In this document: positions 48,051 to 57,038 of the stretch, piece after piece | How positions within the stretch are numbered: position 1 is the stretch's first letter | Layout of the letters: every line of letters starts with the position of its first letter | From: an uncultured bacterium | Lineage (GTDB): Bacteria > Babelota > Babeliae > Babelales > Babelaceae | DNA length: 64,000 nt | Assembly: GCA_963819815.1 (NCBI GenBank) | Contig: CAWFXL010000001.1 | Span: forward strand, 288,001 to 352,000 | Direction: 5' to 3' | Made by a program: the position numbers and the translations under genes | Notes under the pieces: model-generated | The model's input: only the letters and a program-made list of their open reading frames with translations | What the model was told of the DNA's origin: nothing | Database searches by the model: none

Positions 48051-49303
48051 CTATCATGAGTGGTTCTACACAGAGCACAGGTCCATATTCGATCTTGTAA
48101 ACCAAGATCCTCATGAAGTTCAAAGCACCTATGACATTGTTTTGAACTTGGATAGAATCGGTCTATCATGATAAGCTTTGTTCCTGATTTTTCACAATGG
48201 TGCTTTACTATGCTTACAAACTTTGTGAAAGCAAGATCGGAGACCTTTCTCCCCCAAAGCCTTTTCATTCCTGCTATATTAAAGTCTTCAATACAGATTA
48301 CATCGTACTTTTCTGTAAGCTCTTTGGCTAACTTATGAAAGAAATCATGTCGCTGGTTGCTTACTTTCTTATACCTGCGACAAAGCGTGTAATAGGCCTT
48401 TTCTTTGTTATGAGAGCCCTTTTGCTTGGTCGAGAATTCCTTCCCAGCCTTTCTGAACTCCTGTAAGCCCTGTGTATAGTATAATGGTGCGGTATAGACT
48501 GTTCCATCACTCAGTGTTAAAAACGTTTTCAAGCCAAAATCAATGCCCACAATGTTACCTGATGTGACCGATTTTTTAGCAGGAGCGTCTTCCACTGTGC
48601 AGGTGATGAACAGATAAATATCACCAAGTTTATCACGCTTTATGGTTACTGTATTAATGTCTCCTTTTATTTCCCGAGATTTATGATACTGATATACTTT
48701 ATTACCGATCCGAATTTTATTACCCTCTAGAAGTTTATAACCAGCTTGCTTAAGAGTTAGTGACTTATATTTTTTAATCTTTTTAAAAGATGGGGGGGAG
48801 GCTTTCATTCCCTTTTTGCGTTTCAGAAAGAATTGACTATATGATAGGTATATCCTATCAGTTATATTCTGGATGGCTTGAGATCCAACCTGAGCCCAAT
48901 GCACGTAAGGTTCTTGTTTTTTTATCAGAGTGAGATGTCTTTGTAGATCATATTTAGAAATGAGCTTGTTGTGTTGCTCATAGTAATGATTAATATAGCC
49001 TATACAATAGTTCCATATCTCACCACACGTATCAACAGCGCGATGAAGAGTTTTATTTCTCGAAGCATTGTAGAGTTTAAAAACGTATGTTATTCTCATT
49101 GGGCTTTTAAATCACTTAGTACAAAGGAGAGACTCCTCTGACACTATTTTGATCATTAAAAACCACTACAATTCACATGTGATATTATCAGCAAATGAGA
49201 TACATGCAAGAGTTGTTAGAAGATAGTACCTAGATGAAATCAAGATAATATCTTGTGCTTCTCATCCCAATGAATAAATTTAGGGGCCTTCTCAGCGCAG
49301 AAG
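47920..49303 (-). mobile_element. IS200/IS605-family element carrying tnpB only (IS1341-like, non-autonomous)
   Basis: Minus-strand right end ...GAATCCCC...GAGTATGTCAA ending at 47920. Left end with hairpins CTTCTGCGCTGAGAAGGCCCCTAAATTTATTCATTGGGATGAG, preceded by TTTAC (49304-49308). No tnpA. Confidence 0.75.
47957..49099 (-). CDS. tnpB: RNA-guided endonuclease TnpB
   Basis: RuvC-I GIDFGLK, RuvC-II CIEDFN, Zn finger CHRC/CALC and RuvC-III DRDYNAAKNI. Confidence 0.96.
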   Translation of the reverse strand: MRITYVFKLYNASRNKTLHRAVDTCGEIWNYCIGYINHYYEQHNKLISKYDLQRHLTLIKKQEPYVHWAQVGSQAIQNITDRIYLSYSQFFLKRKKGMKASPPSFKKIKKYKSLTLKQAGYKLLEGNKIRIGNKVYQYHKSREIKGDINTVTIKRDKLGDIYLFITCTVEDAPAKKSVTSGNIVGIDFGLKTFLTLSDGTVYTAPLYYTQGLQEFRKAGKEFSTKQKGSHNKEKAYYTLCRRYKKVSNQRHDFFHKLAKELTEKYDVICIEDFNIAGMKRLWGRKVSDLAFTKFVSIVKHHCEKSGTKLIMIDRFYPSSKQCHRCFELHEDLGLQDRIWTCALCRTTHDRDYNAAKNIERVGASTLGVGDVSPTLLAIAV

Positions 49304-49349
49304 GTAAATTCCTGGCTAGAAGCGATACATATAAACAATGGAGCAAGCG

Positions 49350-52300
49350 ATGAGTTTTAAGTACTATCTTACCTTTTGTCTTATTTTTCAAATGCCTATT
49401 TTTGCAGCCTCAGTTTCGGTTAAATCAGCACCACTAGAAGCTGTTGGGATCATTCACTGTTTAAGCTCAGATTCTAAAAAGCAAAGGCTCGAGCTAGATG
49501 CGACGTGGCTGCAAGAATCGGGATTTATTCAAAGAGCATACTCTGAGAACAATGGTGGCAGGACGAAAGAAGCGGCAATTCAACTGCCACTGAAATTTCA
49601 AGAGATGGAGAAAATCATCAGACTATGTATGAGGAGTCAGGGTGGTGCCCAAGTCAAAATTGAGATGATGGATCTTGCAGGTAGCAATAACGATGCAGAG
49701 GATGATCTCGTAGAACTGGTAAAAACTATCGAAAAACTATTGAAATTCTGGAAAAGCGTTAAAGCAATGGAGATGCGAAAACTGGAACCTATTTTAAGGG
49801 ATAGCATTTTTGATCTCTTAAAGAGAGATCTCATTCTGACATCTTTCTTACAAGATCCACGATTTCTTGAAGCCCTACCCAAGGGTATTAAAGAATTATC
49901 ATTCCAGCTATCAAAGGAAGACCAACAGTTTCTTCGTACTCAGCTCCGAATGGTTATAAAAAGTAAGAAAACTCCCCAGTGTATAGATGTAAGTGGTAAT
50001 TATGCCGTAACCTGTGGTACCCAGAAAAACAGAGCTACCTTTGTGGTCTGGGATATCAAAAAATGTATAGAGGAACGTCGGGTTGAGACTCAGTATCCTG
50101 TTCATACAGTACAGTTTTATAATGGCAATAAAATCATCGCCTGGAGTGAAAAGACCATTGAGCTCTATGATTTATTAGGGAGTACAAATTGTACTCCTCT
50201 TCCCCTGCAAAACCTTCTTGAGGGTATTAATAAGGTCACATCAGTTGCGTATGGAGCTAAGCAAAATAAGCTCGCGATTGCAGCTGATGAAAAAATATTT
50301 ATGGTTGACTTGACTGCCCCTTATCACTATAAGACGCTTAAGGCTCCAACTTCTGAGAAAACGGATAAGAAAGAGAAGTCAAAAAAAAGGGCCGACTCAG
50401 TTGTTCTTTTTGCTGATGAGGATAGGAGTGTCGTTGAAGTGCGACTTAGTGGAGAACTCACGTTTTATCGTCTTGATTCAGATACTGCTATCGAAAAGAA
50501 CTTAGAGGACGTGATAAGCTATTTTTATGTAAATGGTTCAAATCTCGTTACCATTGTATCTAAAAGCAAAGCATGTAACTGGGATTGTCGCGATGGGAGT
50601 CCTTTGGGAGAAGGAAGGGAAGACCAGGTTTTTGTTCCACGCGGACAGCTTGTGGAAGTAACCAAAGATAAAACAATGATTTTTTGTGATATATCGGGTA
50701 AGGAGTTTATGAAAACCTATGAATTTTTAACAGGTAATCGCATGAAAAATGCGATTCAGGTTAAAAATGGTCTTTCTACGGTGATTCCGGATAGCTCCTT
50801 AGGCGAGGTAACTTCTTTCTACATGAGTCCCGATGGAGCATTCTTTATAGGCATAAGCAAGAAGGGATTTCATATTTGGCCCTATAATAGTGAATCGATC
50901 ATGGAGTTTCTTTCGTCTGAAATGTCTCTTGATGTGTGGCTCTGTATGCAACTTTTAATTAATCAGCTACGATCCGGCAAAATGAGCCTTAAGGATACTG
51001 CTTTTTTACAGCAGCCTCATATAGTAGATATTATCAAGGACCTTAGTTTGGATTTGCTTACTCCCTTATTAAACCTATTTCCCGGTTTTCGCAAGGCCGT
51101 TGGTAGTGAATACAACTCTTTTGTCGATGAGGTTTCCTATGAAGCTTCGGAAGACGTTGATTACATCCCGGCAGCAGCTTCAGCTAATCGTGTGCAGGCA
51201 ACATCCGCAGACAGCCCTTTGGGTCAACCAAGGAGTTTTGATCGCCGAAATTCTCTCAAGCGGACAGCGCTATCTGGTGAAGAAGCCAGCAGTAGAGTGG
51301 GAGCCACATCTTCGGGCAGTCCTCAGACTCAACCACGCAAAAGCTCTCTCAGGCAGGCAGCTCATGTGGGCGAAGGACTGTCTTCCCAGAATGGTAAAGC
51401 TGCAGTAACATCTTCAGATAGCCCAGCAACGCAATCCAGAGGCCTTAGTCGCCCAAGCTCTCTCAAACAAATTAATCAAGCAGGCCAAAAAACGGCTACT
51501 TCGGACGGTGATGATCCTCTGGTTTCTCATGATGCCAGCGCAAAAACGGATAAGGGGGTAGAGGTTACTTCAAAAGATAACTCTTTTGATAAGCCGAAGA
51601 GATACTCTTCCCAGCAAAGCTCCCCAAGACCTTTATCTGATAGTAATGGCGGAAGCTCTGCTGTTAGCACTAGTAAGGGTTCTCTGGCAACAAGTTCTTC
51701 TACAGAAAGTCGTCTGCGAAATTCTCCGGTGGTTGCGGCTAGACTTCATGCCGTGCAGGTGGCTGCTGTTAAGGCGGGTTGGAAAGGATCCTCCTCAAGC
51801 ACCAATGTGGGCGCAACTAGCAGTACTATTCAGACAACTTCCTTGAGCACGGAGATTGCGAGTACCTCCAAAGAACCTATAGTTAAGAACGATGTTCCAA
51901 AGAGAACTGCGAGCACTCCGCCCATATCCACAAATGTGTTGACTGCATCAAGTAGTTTAGCAGTGCCGGCTACAGAAAAAACACCAAAAGATCCTTCGGT
52001 TCCCAGCATGTTTGGCACACTCAGTAAAAGCACCTCTGCACTGCAAAGAAGCAGTTCTTCAATAAGTCCTCAAGATACCTCAGAACTGTTTCAAGCTATT
52101 GAATCTGGACTTGCATTGCATAGAGAACGAAATGATCAAGATGCTGAAGAAAGCCTCTTGACCAAAGCAAGTAAAGTTCAAAATGCATTATCAGCATACC
52201 TTCTTGGAGAACTATGCGTGCGAGGATATTGCGGTATTTTTGATCCAGCGGCAGCTGTTAAGCATTTTGAGAGAGCTATGCAGTCCAATATCAATCCAAA

Positions 52301-53402
52301 TTTTAAGGCAGCAGCCCTTTGCCGCCATGGTGAGCTCTACTATTATGGCCTTGGCGTAAAGCGCTCCCAACGGTGGATATTGGACTTAGATACAAAGAAA
52401 CCCGCCGGTAGTACAGGTCCTGAAATCTTCTTTTTACTGCGAGATGATGATGCAGAAGGGAGCAAAGCAGAACTTAGTGAGGTACTTAAGCTTATATGTA
52501 AAGATATGGCTAAAAAAGATGCTCTCTACTCGCTCCTGCAAGGTAGAATACTGTTAGCAACTGCTACTAGTGAGGCACATTATAAAGAGGTGGCCAAGCT
52601 CTTTACAAAAGCTGCTGATTCTGAAGATTTCTTTCTCAAGGCTGAAGCGTACTATAGGCTTGGATTACTCAACGAGCGTCATTTGAAATCAGCTGCAAAA
52701 GCTCAGGGATATCTAGAAAAGGCAGCCACACAAGACGATAATCTCTGGATTAAGGCTCTGGCGGAACTCCAACTTGGACATAGGTGCAGAGATAGGAAGA
52801 ATAAAGAAGGTACTGCACAAGCCAAAGTGCATTATAAAAAGGTAATGACTCAAGAGCACCATATGATTGCGAAAGCTGAAGCTGAGTTCCAATACAATCT
52901 ACTGCCTAAGGAAGATGATGCTCAAGACCTTGCAAACTTAGCCGTTGATTCCTGTTTTAATCTTGCCATGCAGTACTATAATGGAACTGATCCAAGTGTC
53001 CCTATAAACCTTCAGCGTGCATATACTTACTTTCAACGCGTCGCTCAAGAAAGTACGGTAGGTGCACAGCTCGATGAGTCATGGTTTCGTCTAGCACTTA
53101 TGGCAAAGAAAGGTGGCTCCGGTCTAAAAAGAAATACCAAATTTGCCATGGCCTGTTGTGAGCAGCTGAGACAGAGAGGACACGATGGAAAATATAGACA
53201 TAGAGCGCTTCTTATGCTGAGTGTTCAGGCATTACGTGATAAAGAAATCGCCCACGCAAAAGAGCTCATCGCCGAGGCCATAAAGCTTGATCATGATCCA
53301 GAATGTCAAAGAGAGGCTAGGATGCTGCGAGATGAAAAGCTCTCAACACTCGAGAAAAAAGAAGGCCAGGAAAGTGGATCTGAGGGTAACGATTCAGAGT
53401 AG
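49350..53402 (+). CDS. Large secreted multidomain protein: SKP1/BTB-like N-terminus, WD40-like propeller, Ser-rich linker, Sel1/TPR-like repeats
   Basis: Signal peptide; LSSD...LD...QES.FI...IQLPL...MEKIIRLC; VVWDI and CNWDC blades; A.Y.LG..Y.YG.GV Sel1-like motifs. Confidence 0.8.
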   Translation: MSFKYYLTFCLIFQMPIFAASVSVKSAPLEAVGIIHCLSSDSKKQRLELDATWLQESGFIQRAYSENNGGRTKEAAIQLPLKFQEMEKIIRLCMRSQGGAQVKIEMMDLAGSNNDAEDDLVELVKTIEKLLKFWKSVKAMEMRKLEPILRDSIFDLLKRDLILTSFLQDPRFLEALPKGIKELSFQLSKEDQQFLRTQLRMVIKSKKTPQCIDVSGNYAVTCGTQKNRATFVVWDIKKCIEERRVETQYPVHTVQFYNGNKIIAWSEKTIELYDLLGSTNCTPLPLQNLLEGINKVTSVAYGAKQNKLAIAADEKIFMVDLTAPYHYKTLKAPTSEKTDKKEKSKKRADSVVLFADEDRSVVEVRLSGELTFYRLDSDTAIEKNLEDVISYFYVNGSNLVTIVSKSKACNWDCRDGSPLGEGREDQVFVPRGQLVEVTKDKTMIFCDISGKEFMKTYEFLTGNRMKNAIQVKNGLSTVIPDSSLGEVTSFYMSPDGAFFIGISKKGFHIWPYNSESIMEFLSSEMSLDVWLCMQLLINQLRSGKMSLKDTAFLQQPHIVDIIKDLSLDLLTPLLNLFPGFRKAVGSEYNSFVDEVSYEASEDVDYIPAAASANRVQATSADSPLGQPRSFDRRNSLKRTALSGEEASSRVGATSSGSPQTQPRKSSLRQAAHVGEGLSSQNGKAAVTSSDSPATQSRGLSRPSSLKQINQAGQKTATSDGDDPLVSHDASAKTDKGVEVTSKDNSFDKPKRYSSQQSSPRPLSDSNGGSSAVSTSKGSLATSSSTESRLRNSPVVAARLHAVQVAAVKAGWKGSSSSTNVGATSSTIQTTSLSTEIASTSKEPIVKNDVPKRTASTPPISTNVLTASSSLAVPATEKTPKDPSVPSMFGTLSKSTSALQRSSSSISPQDTSELFQAIESGLALHRERNDQDAEESLLTKASKVQNALSAYLLGELCVRGYCGIFDPAAAVKHFERAMQSNINPNFKAAALCRHGELYYYGLGVKRSQRWILDLDTKKPAGSTGPEIFFLLRDDDAEGSKAELSEVLKLICKDMAKKDALYSLLQGRILLATATSEAHYKEVAKLFTKAADSEDFFLKAEAYYRLGLLNERHLKSAAKAQGYLEKAATQDDNLWIKALAELQLGHRCRDRKNKEGTAQAKVHYKKVMTQEHHMIAKAEAEFQYNLLPKEDDAQDLANLAVDSCFNLAMQYYNGTDPSVPINLQRAYTYFQRVAQESTVGAQLDESWFRLALMAKKGGSGLKRNTKFAMACCEQLRQRGHDGKYRHRALLMLSVQALRDKEIAHAKELIAEAIKLDHDPECQREARMLRDEKLSTLEKKEGQESGSEGNDSE

Positions 53403-53435
53403 TTGTAGAAACATCTCTCATCATATTCAAAGTTT

Positions 53436-54215
53436 TTATGAGAACATAGATGCACGTGCTAAGCTATGATGAGAATCCCATTTTTTTTTCGAAATTCCGC
53501 CCAGGATGAGGTACATGCTACACCAAAAAAGAACTGAGAGAAGCGGCAAAGGCTGCATCAGGAGTAATGTAGGCAAGGTATAATTTACCAAATTTGAAGC
53601 TGCATGAAGAAGAAGGGTGAGCTCTATTCTTTGTGATTTGTACACAATGATACCTAACATGAAGCTGAACTGAAAATGTCCATTAACTAAGAGCGCATAG
53701 AGGGTTGGTGCTGGATTTTGAAAGCCTGCATGCATCAAAGTAAATGCGAGTGAGCTCACTAAATTGAAAATAATAAATCCCACCGAAGACAAAGAGTATT
53801 TAGCAAGGATAGATCGAGCAGCAAGCTCTTCTACACAGGCTGATGCACAGACGCCAAAAACCAAGCTATGTACTATAGGTGAAAAGTTCACCCCAAAAAA
53901 TCGTGAAGCTATGAAGTAAGCAGTGAGGATACAAAGGGTACCTGCTATGAGATATATCCAGCGTGGTATTGTTATCGGAATATCAAAAAGAAAGGGGTGC
54001 GTCTTTAAGGAACGCGCCATTAACGGCCTATAAAAATACCCTGCTGTGAGAGCAATAGCATAAGCATAGAGAGGAGCCTGCCGAAGGATATTCTTCCCCG
54101 GCCCAAATGAAAAGAACCAGATACATGCGCCCCAGAGCAGCTGAGCCATAGCCCAGAATACTATTTCTATATAGTCCTTTTTAGAACGAGCAGTTAGTGC
54201 CGTATTATTTTTCAT
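53436..54215 (-). CDS. CPBP (Abi/CAAX) intramembrane protease
   Basis: VEELAAR, FTLMH and LHAASN motifs; multi-TM; SD GGAGG before ATG 54215. Confidence 0.82.
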   Translation of the reverse strand: MKNNTALTARSKKDYIEIVFWAMAQLLWGACIWFFSFGPGKNILRQAPLYAYAIALTAGYFYRPLMARSLKTHPFLFDIPITIPRWIYLIAGTLCILTAYFIASRFFGVNFSPIVHSLVFGVCASACVEELAARSILAKYSLSSVGFIIFNLVSSLAFTLMHAGFQNPAPTLYALLVNGHFQFSFMLGIIVYKSQRIELTLLLHAASNLVNYTLPTLLLMQPLPLLSVLFWCSMYLILGGISKKKWDSHHSLARASMFS

Positions 54216-54435
54216 TGCCACCTCCATCAAGACTACTCCAATCCTTAATCACTTCAAGACGGTCTGGATCTTGGCTTGCAAGCTCATATTCTCTACGCAA
54301 ATCCTTTATCTTCTGATCGAGTGCACTGTGTAAGGCTTGAGCAGCAAAAGCACTTAGCTTCCTTTTTCCAATGAGTCCATTCATAAGATCGACTGTCTCT
54401 TTAGGAAGAGATATGGTAACTTTTGCTTTCCTCAT
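54205..54435 (-). CDS. Small RHH/CopG-type DNA-binding protein resembling type II antitoxins
   Basis: KVTISLP beta strand, then helix and KLSAFAAQAL helix, with acidic tail LRREYE...KDWSSLDG; RBS AAGGA. Confidence 0.75.
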   Translation of the reverse strand: MRKAKVTISLPKETVDLMNGLIGKRKLSAFAAQALHSALDQKIKDLRREYELASQDPDRLEVIKDWSSLDGGGNEK

Positions 54436-54714
54436 TCAGATAATCCTTTATCAAGGTTGATACTCTATGCTTTTACACGGTATTATGCTCCAGAAAAGAT
54501 AAAACCTCAAGCAAAAACCCTAGTTCATTCTGGTGTTTAAACGATAGTAAGGGTTGTTTGAGAAGCTAACAATAGCCAATTGTCACACTGGTTCTTCAAA
54601 CAACTGCTAACTGTTCATGTATGTCTAACCTTCGGGGGAGCTTTTGCGGTTATATTGGGTTCATATACATTTAATACATGACAAATAGGTAAACCAATAA
54701 CTCGGAGAAATATC

Positions 54715-55599
54715 ATGACGAGTACAACAGTACTACTGCCTATTCTTGCAGCACTTACGGTCGCACAGGAAAAATTCTTAGGATTCAAAGAGACGTGGCA
54801 GCCGACCAATAATGCGCAAACGCTCTTTTTAGAACGGTATTACGCTAAAGCAGATGAGCTTAAAAAGCTATCTCATGAGGAAATGCGTTCTTGTGCCTCC
54901 AAAGATATAGAGGTTGTTAACAAATTTTTGAGCGATAATGGTTTTACGATTCAGCTTGAACAAGCAAAAGGAGATTGCTTTGCAGTGGCATCCATCCTTG
55001 ATATTTTGTGTAAGTGGACAGTAAAAGGGCAGAAAGACTTTATTACTTTTGATAATGCAGGCAACTCAACAAAGAAAACCTACCCAGCTGTTCGCATGAA
55101 AGAAGGATATACCATCAGACAAACCGAAACAGATAATCCTCTACTTGTGATCGACACGGAAAATGGTGATAAAGTCTTTATGACGATCGCTGAAAAGCCG
55201 CTAGAAGGCTTTGAGCTTGTAGAAAGGGTACAGGAGCTCTCATCGACTTCCAATGAAGATATTACCTGTAGATTTGAGGACGTGCTTTTCCCGATGGTTG
55301 ATATCGATCAGAAAGGCTCTATTGACTGGCTCATTGGATTGAGGTTTGCACCAGACTGGTTTATTTCACAAGCACTTCAACAAACTCGTTTTCAGATGAA
55401 TGAAGAGGGTGCAGCTGCACAAAGCGCTGTGGCTATATCGATTGAAAAATGCATAAACCGACATAGGCCTCCGACGCTTCGGATAGATAAACCATTCTAT
55501 GTATGGATTGAACGACCAGGTATGACATTACCATTATTTGCTGCATATGTAGATTTTGCCGATTGGAAGGAGCCAGCACGTCTAGGCTGTTCAAAATAA
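54715..55599 (+). CDS. Serpin-like protein (shortened)
   Basis: ISQALQQTRFQMNEEGAAAQSAVA hinge followed by LRIDKPFYVWI serpin-signature-like strand. Confidence 0.7.
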   Translation: MTSTTVLLPILAALTVAQEKFLGFKETWQPTNNAQTLFLERYYAKADELKKLSHEEMRSCASKDIEVVNKFLSDNGFTIQLEQAKGDCFAVASILDILCKWTVKGQKDFITFDNAGNSTKKTYPAVRMKEGYTIRQTETDNPLLVIDTENGDKVFMTIAEKPLEGFELVERVQELSSTSNEDITCRFEDVLFPMVDIDQKGSIDWLIGLRFAPDWFISQALQQTRFQMNEEGAAAQSAVAISIEKCINRHRPPTLRIDKPFYVWIERPGMTLPLFAAYVDFADWKEPARLGCSK

Positions 55600-55742
55600 C
55601 TAAAGCCTCACTGTAGCTGTTTGTACGCAACTATATATAATACAGATGCTGTCGCCGTGAGTATGCCCACAATGGTCCTAGAGGTGCTCGTATCTGCAGC
55701 ACAGAAGCCCTGTAAGGTTTATGCAGAAAAAGAATAAACAAA

Positions 55743-55772
55743 TTGACAGGCTGTATTGATTTGTGGTATAAT
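55743..55772 (+). promoter_or_regulatory. Consensus sigma70 promoter with extended -10
   Basis: TTGACA-18 bp-TATAAT with TGn; upstream of the NADAR gene. Confidence 0.75.
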
Positions 55773-55852
55773 GGCTCTATAAACAGTATAATGTTGGAAA
55801 ATTACGAAATCTCCAACAAACTATGTAACCACTACTAAGAAAGTGATAAATC

Positions 55853-56755
55853 ATGAAAAAACAGTTTACAGCCCTGTATGGCATTGCAATGATTCTGGGA
55901 ATCTTTGGATACACTGTATCTACAAGCGCAGCGAGTTCAAGTATGTCAGCCTCGGCAACGTCTGCAACTCGCCCTACGATTAAAAATACCTGGTTTGACC
56001 AGAGGATAAAAAATCGAGGATTCATATATTTTTATGAAAAACCCGATCCTTCTTTGTCAAATCAGGAAAAGAAAGAATATTATTATGAATTTACTAATTT
56101 TTTTGAGGCACCTATAACAATCGATAAAGACGGCCAAGGCAATGATCTTGTCTGGCCGACTACAGAACAATACTACCAAGCAGGAAAGTTTGATGTAGGA
56201 ACCCCTAAGAATCCCAACGTGGTGGGCAGGGCGATCAGAGGATTAATTAGAGAAGGACAAAGCAAAAACCCTCTCTTTAAAGGAGTTGTGAAGGGTTCAG
56301 GAAAAGACTGGGGTGCTTGGGCTTTTTATGTAGGGAATGAGTCCCAATTGCAGGAAAAAAGACCTGATCTCAATCTCGGAGCATACAGGAAACCTGCTTC
56401 AGTATGGACCAAACCGGACTCACATACGCAAGGTATGCCAACGAATATGTTTAGAATGCTGACGGCGCTGCGTGCAAAATTTAGGCAGAATCCCGCGCTT
56501 GGGAAGATGCTTCTTGCAACCTATCCAAAAGTGCTTGTTGAAGATTCACCAAAAGATGGAACTTTTGGGGCAAGCGATCCAGCGAAGGGTGTTGCACCAG
56601 GAAAAGGCCAAAACTTATTAGGACGCATGCTCATGCATGTCAGAAAAGAACTCTTCCTAGAGTTTGTACAGAAAGATCCAAATTTTGAAAGACCTTTTGA
56701 TGTGGATAAGAGTTTCAGTTTAGACTATCTTTTAGACCCAACTCATAAGATCTAA
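55853..56755 (+). CDS. NADAR (YbiA-like) family hydrolase with signal peptide
   Basis: FTNFFEAP, WPTTEQYYQAGKF, ALRAKFRQNPALGKMLLAT..LVEDSPKD..FG and GQNLLGRMLMHVR; N-terminus MKKQFTALYGIAMILGIFG. Confidence 0.9.
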   Translation: MKKQFTALYGIAMILGIFGYTVSTSAASSSMSASATSATRPTIKNTWFDQRIKNRGFIYFYEKPDPSLSNQEKKEYYYEFTNFFEAPITIDKDGQGNDLVWPTTEQYYQAGKFDVGTPKNPNVVGRAIRGLIREGQSKNPLFKGVVKGSGKDWGAWAFYVGNESQLQEKRPDLNLGAYRKPASVWTKPDSHTQGMPTNMFRMLTALRAKFRQNPALGKMLLATYPKVLVEDSPKDGTFGASDPAKGVAPGKGQNLLGRMLMHVRKELFLEFVQKDPNFERPFDVDKSFSLDYLLDPTHKI

Positions 56756-56774
56756 ATCGCACATAGTTAAAATA

Positions 56775-56814
56775 GGGCTCTTGGTAGAAAATTACCGAGA
56801 GCCCGCTTCTTTTT
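56775..56814 (+). terminator. Rho-independent terminator
   Basis: GGGCTCTTGGTA...TACCGAGAGCCC followed by a T-rich tail. Confidence 0.75.
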
Positions 56815-57038
56815 AGGACCTCATAATACAATGGCATCTTCAGAACGCTCTCATAGACTATCGCAAGAGACGCATGAAGGGCCATTTGTTGCTCCAAAAT
56901 GGCAACACCTTTTTTTTGCTATACTGTGTACGTGGTATACCTCTAAAAATGAGAGGATGCTTTTGCAATGTTAAACTACAGTCAACAAGTCGAAATTGGC
57001 ATGACTTTTTAACCCCTGAAACCCACCAGTGAGCAGGC

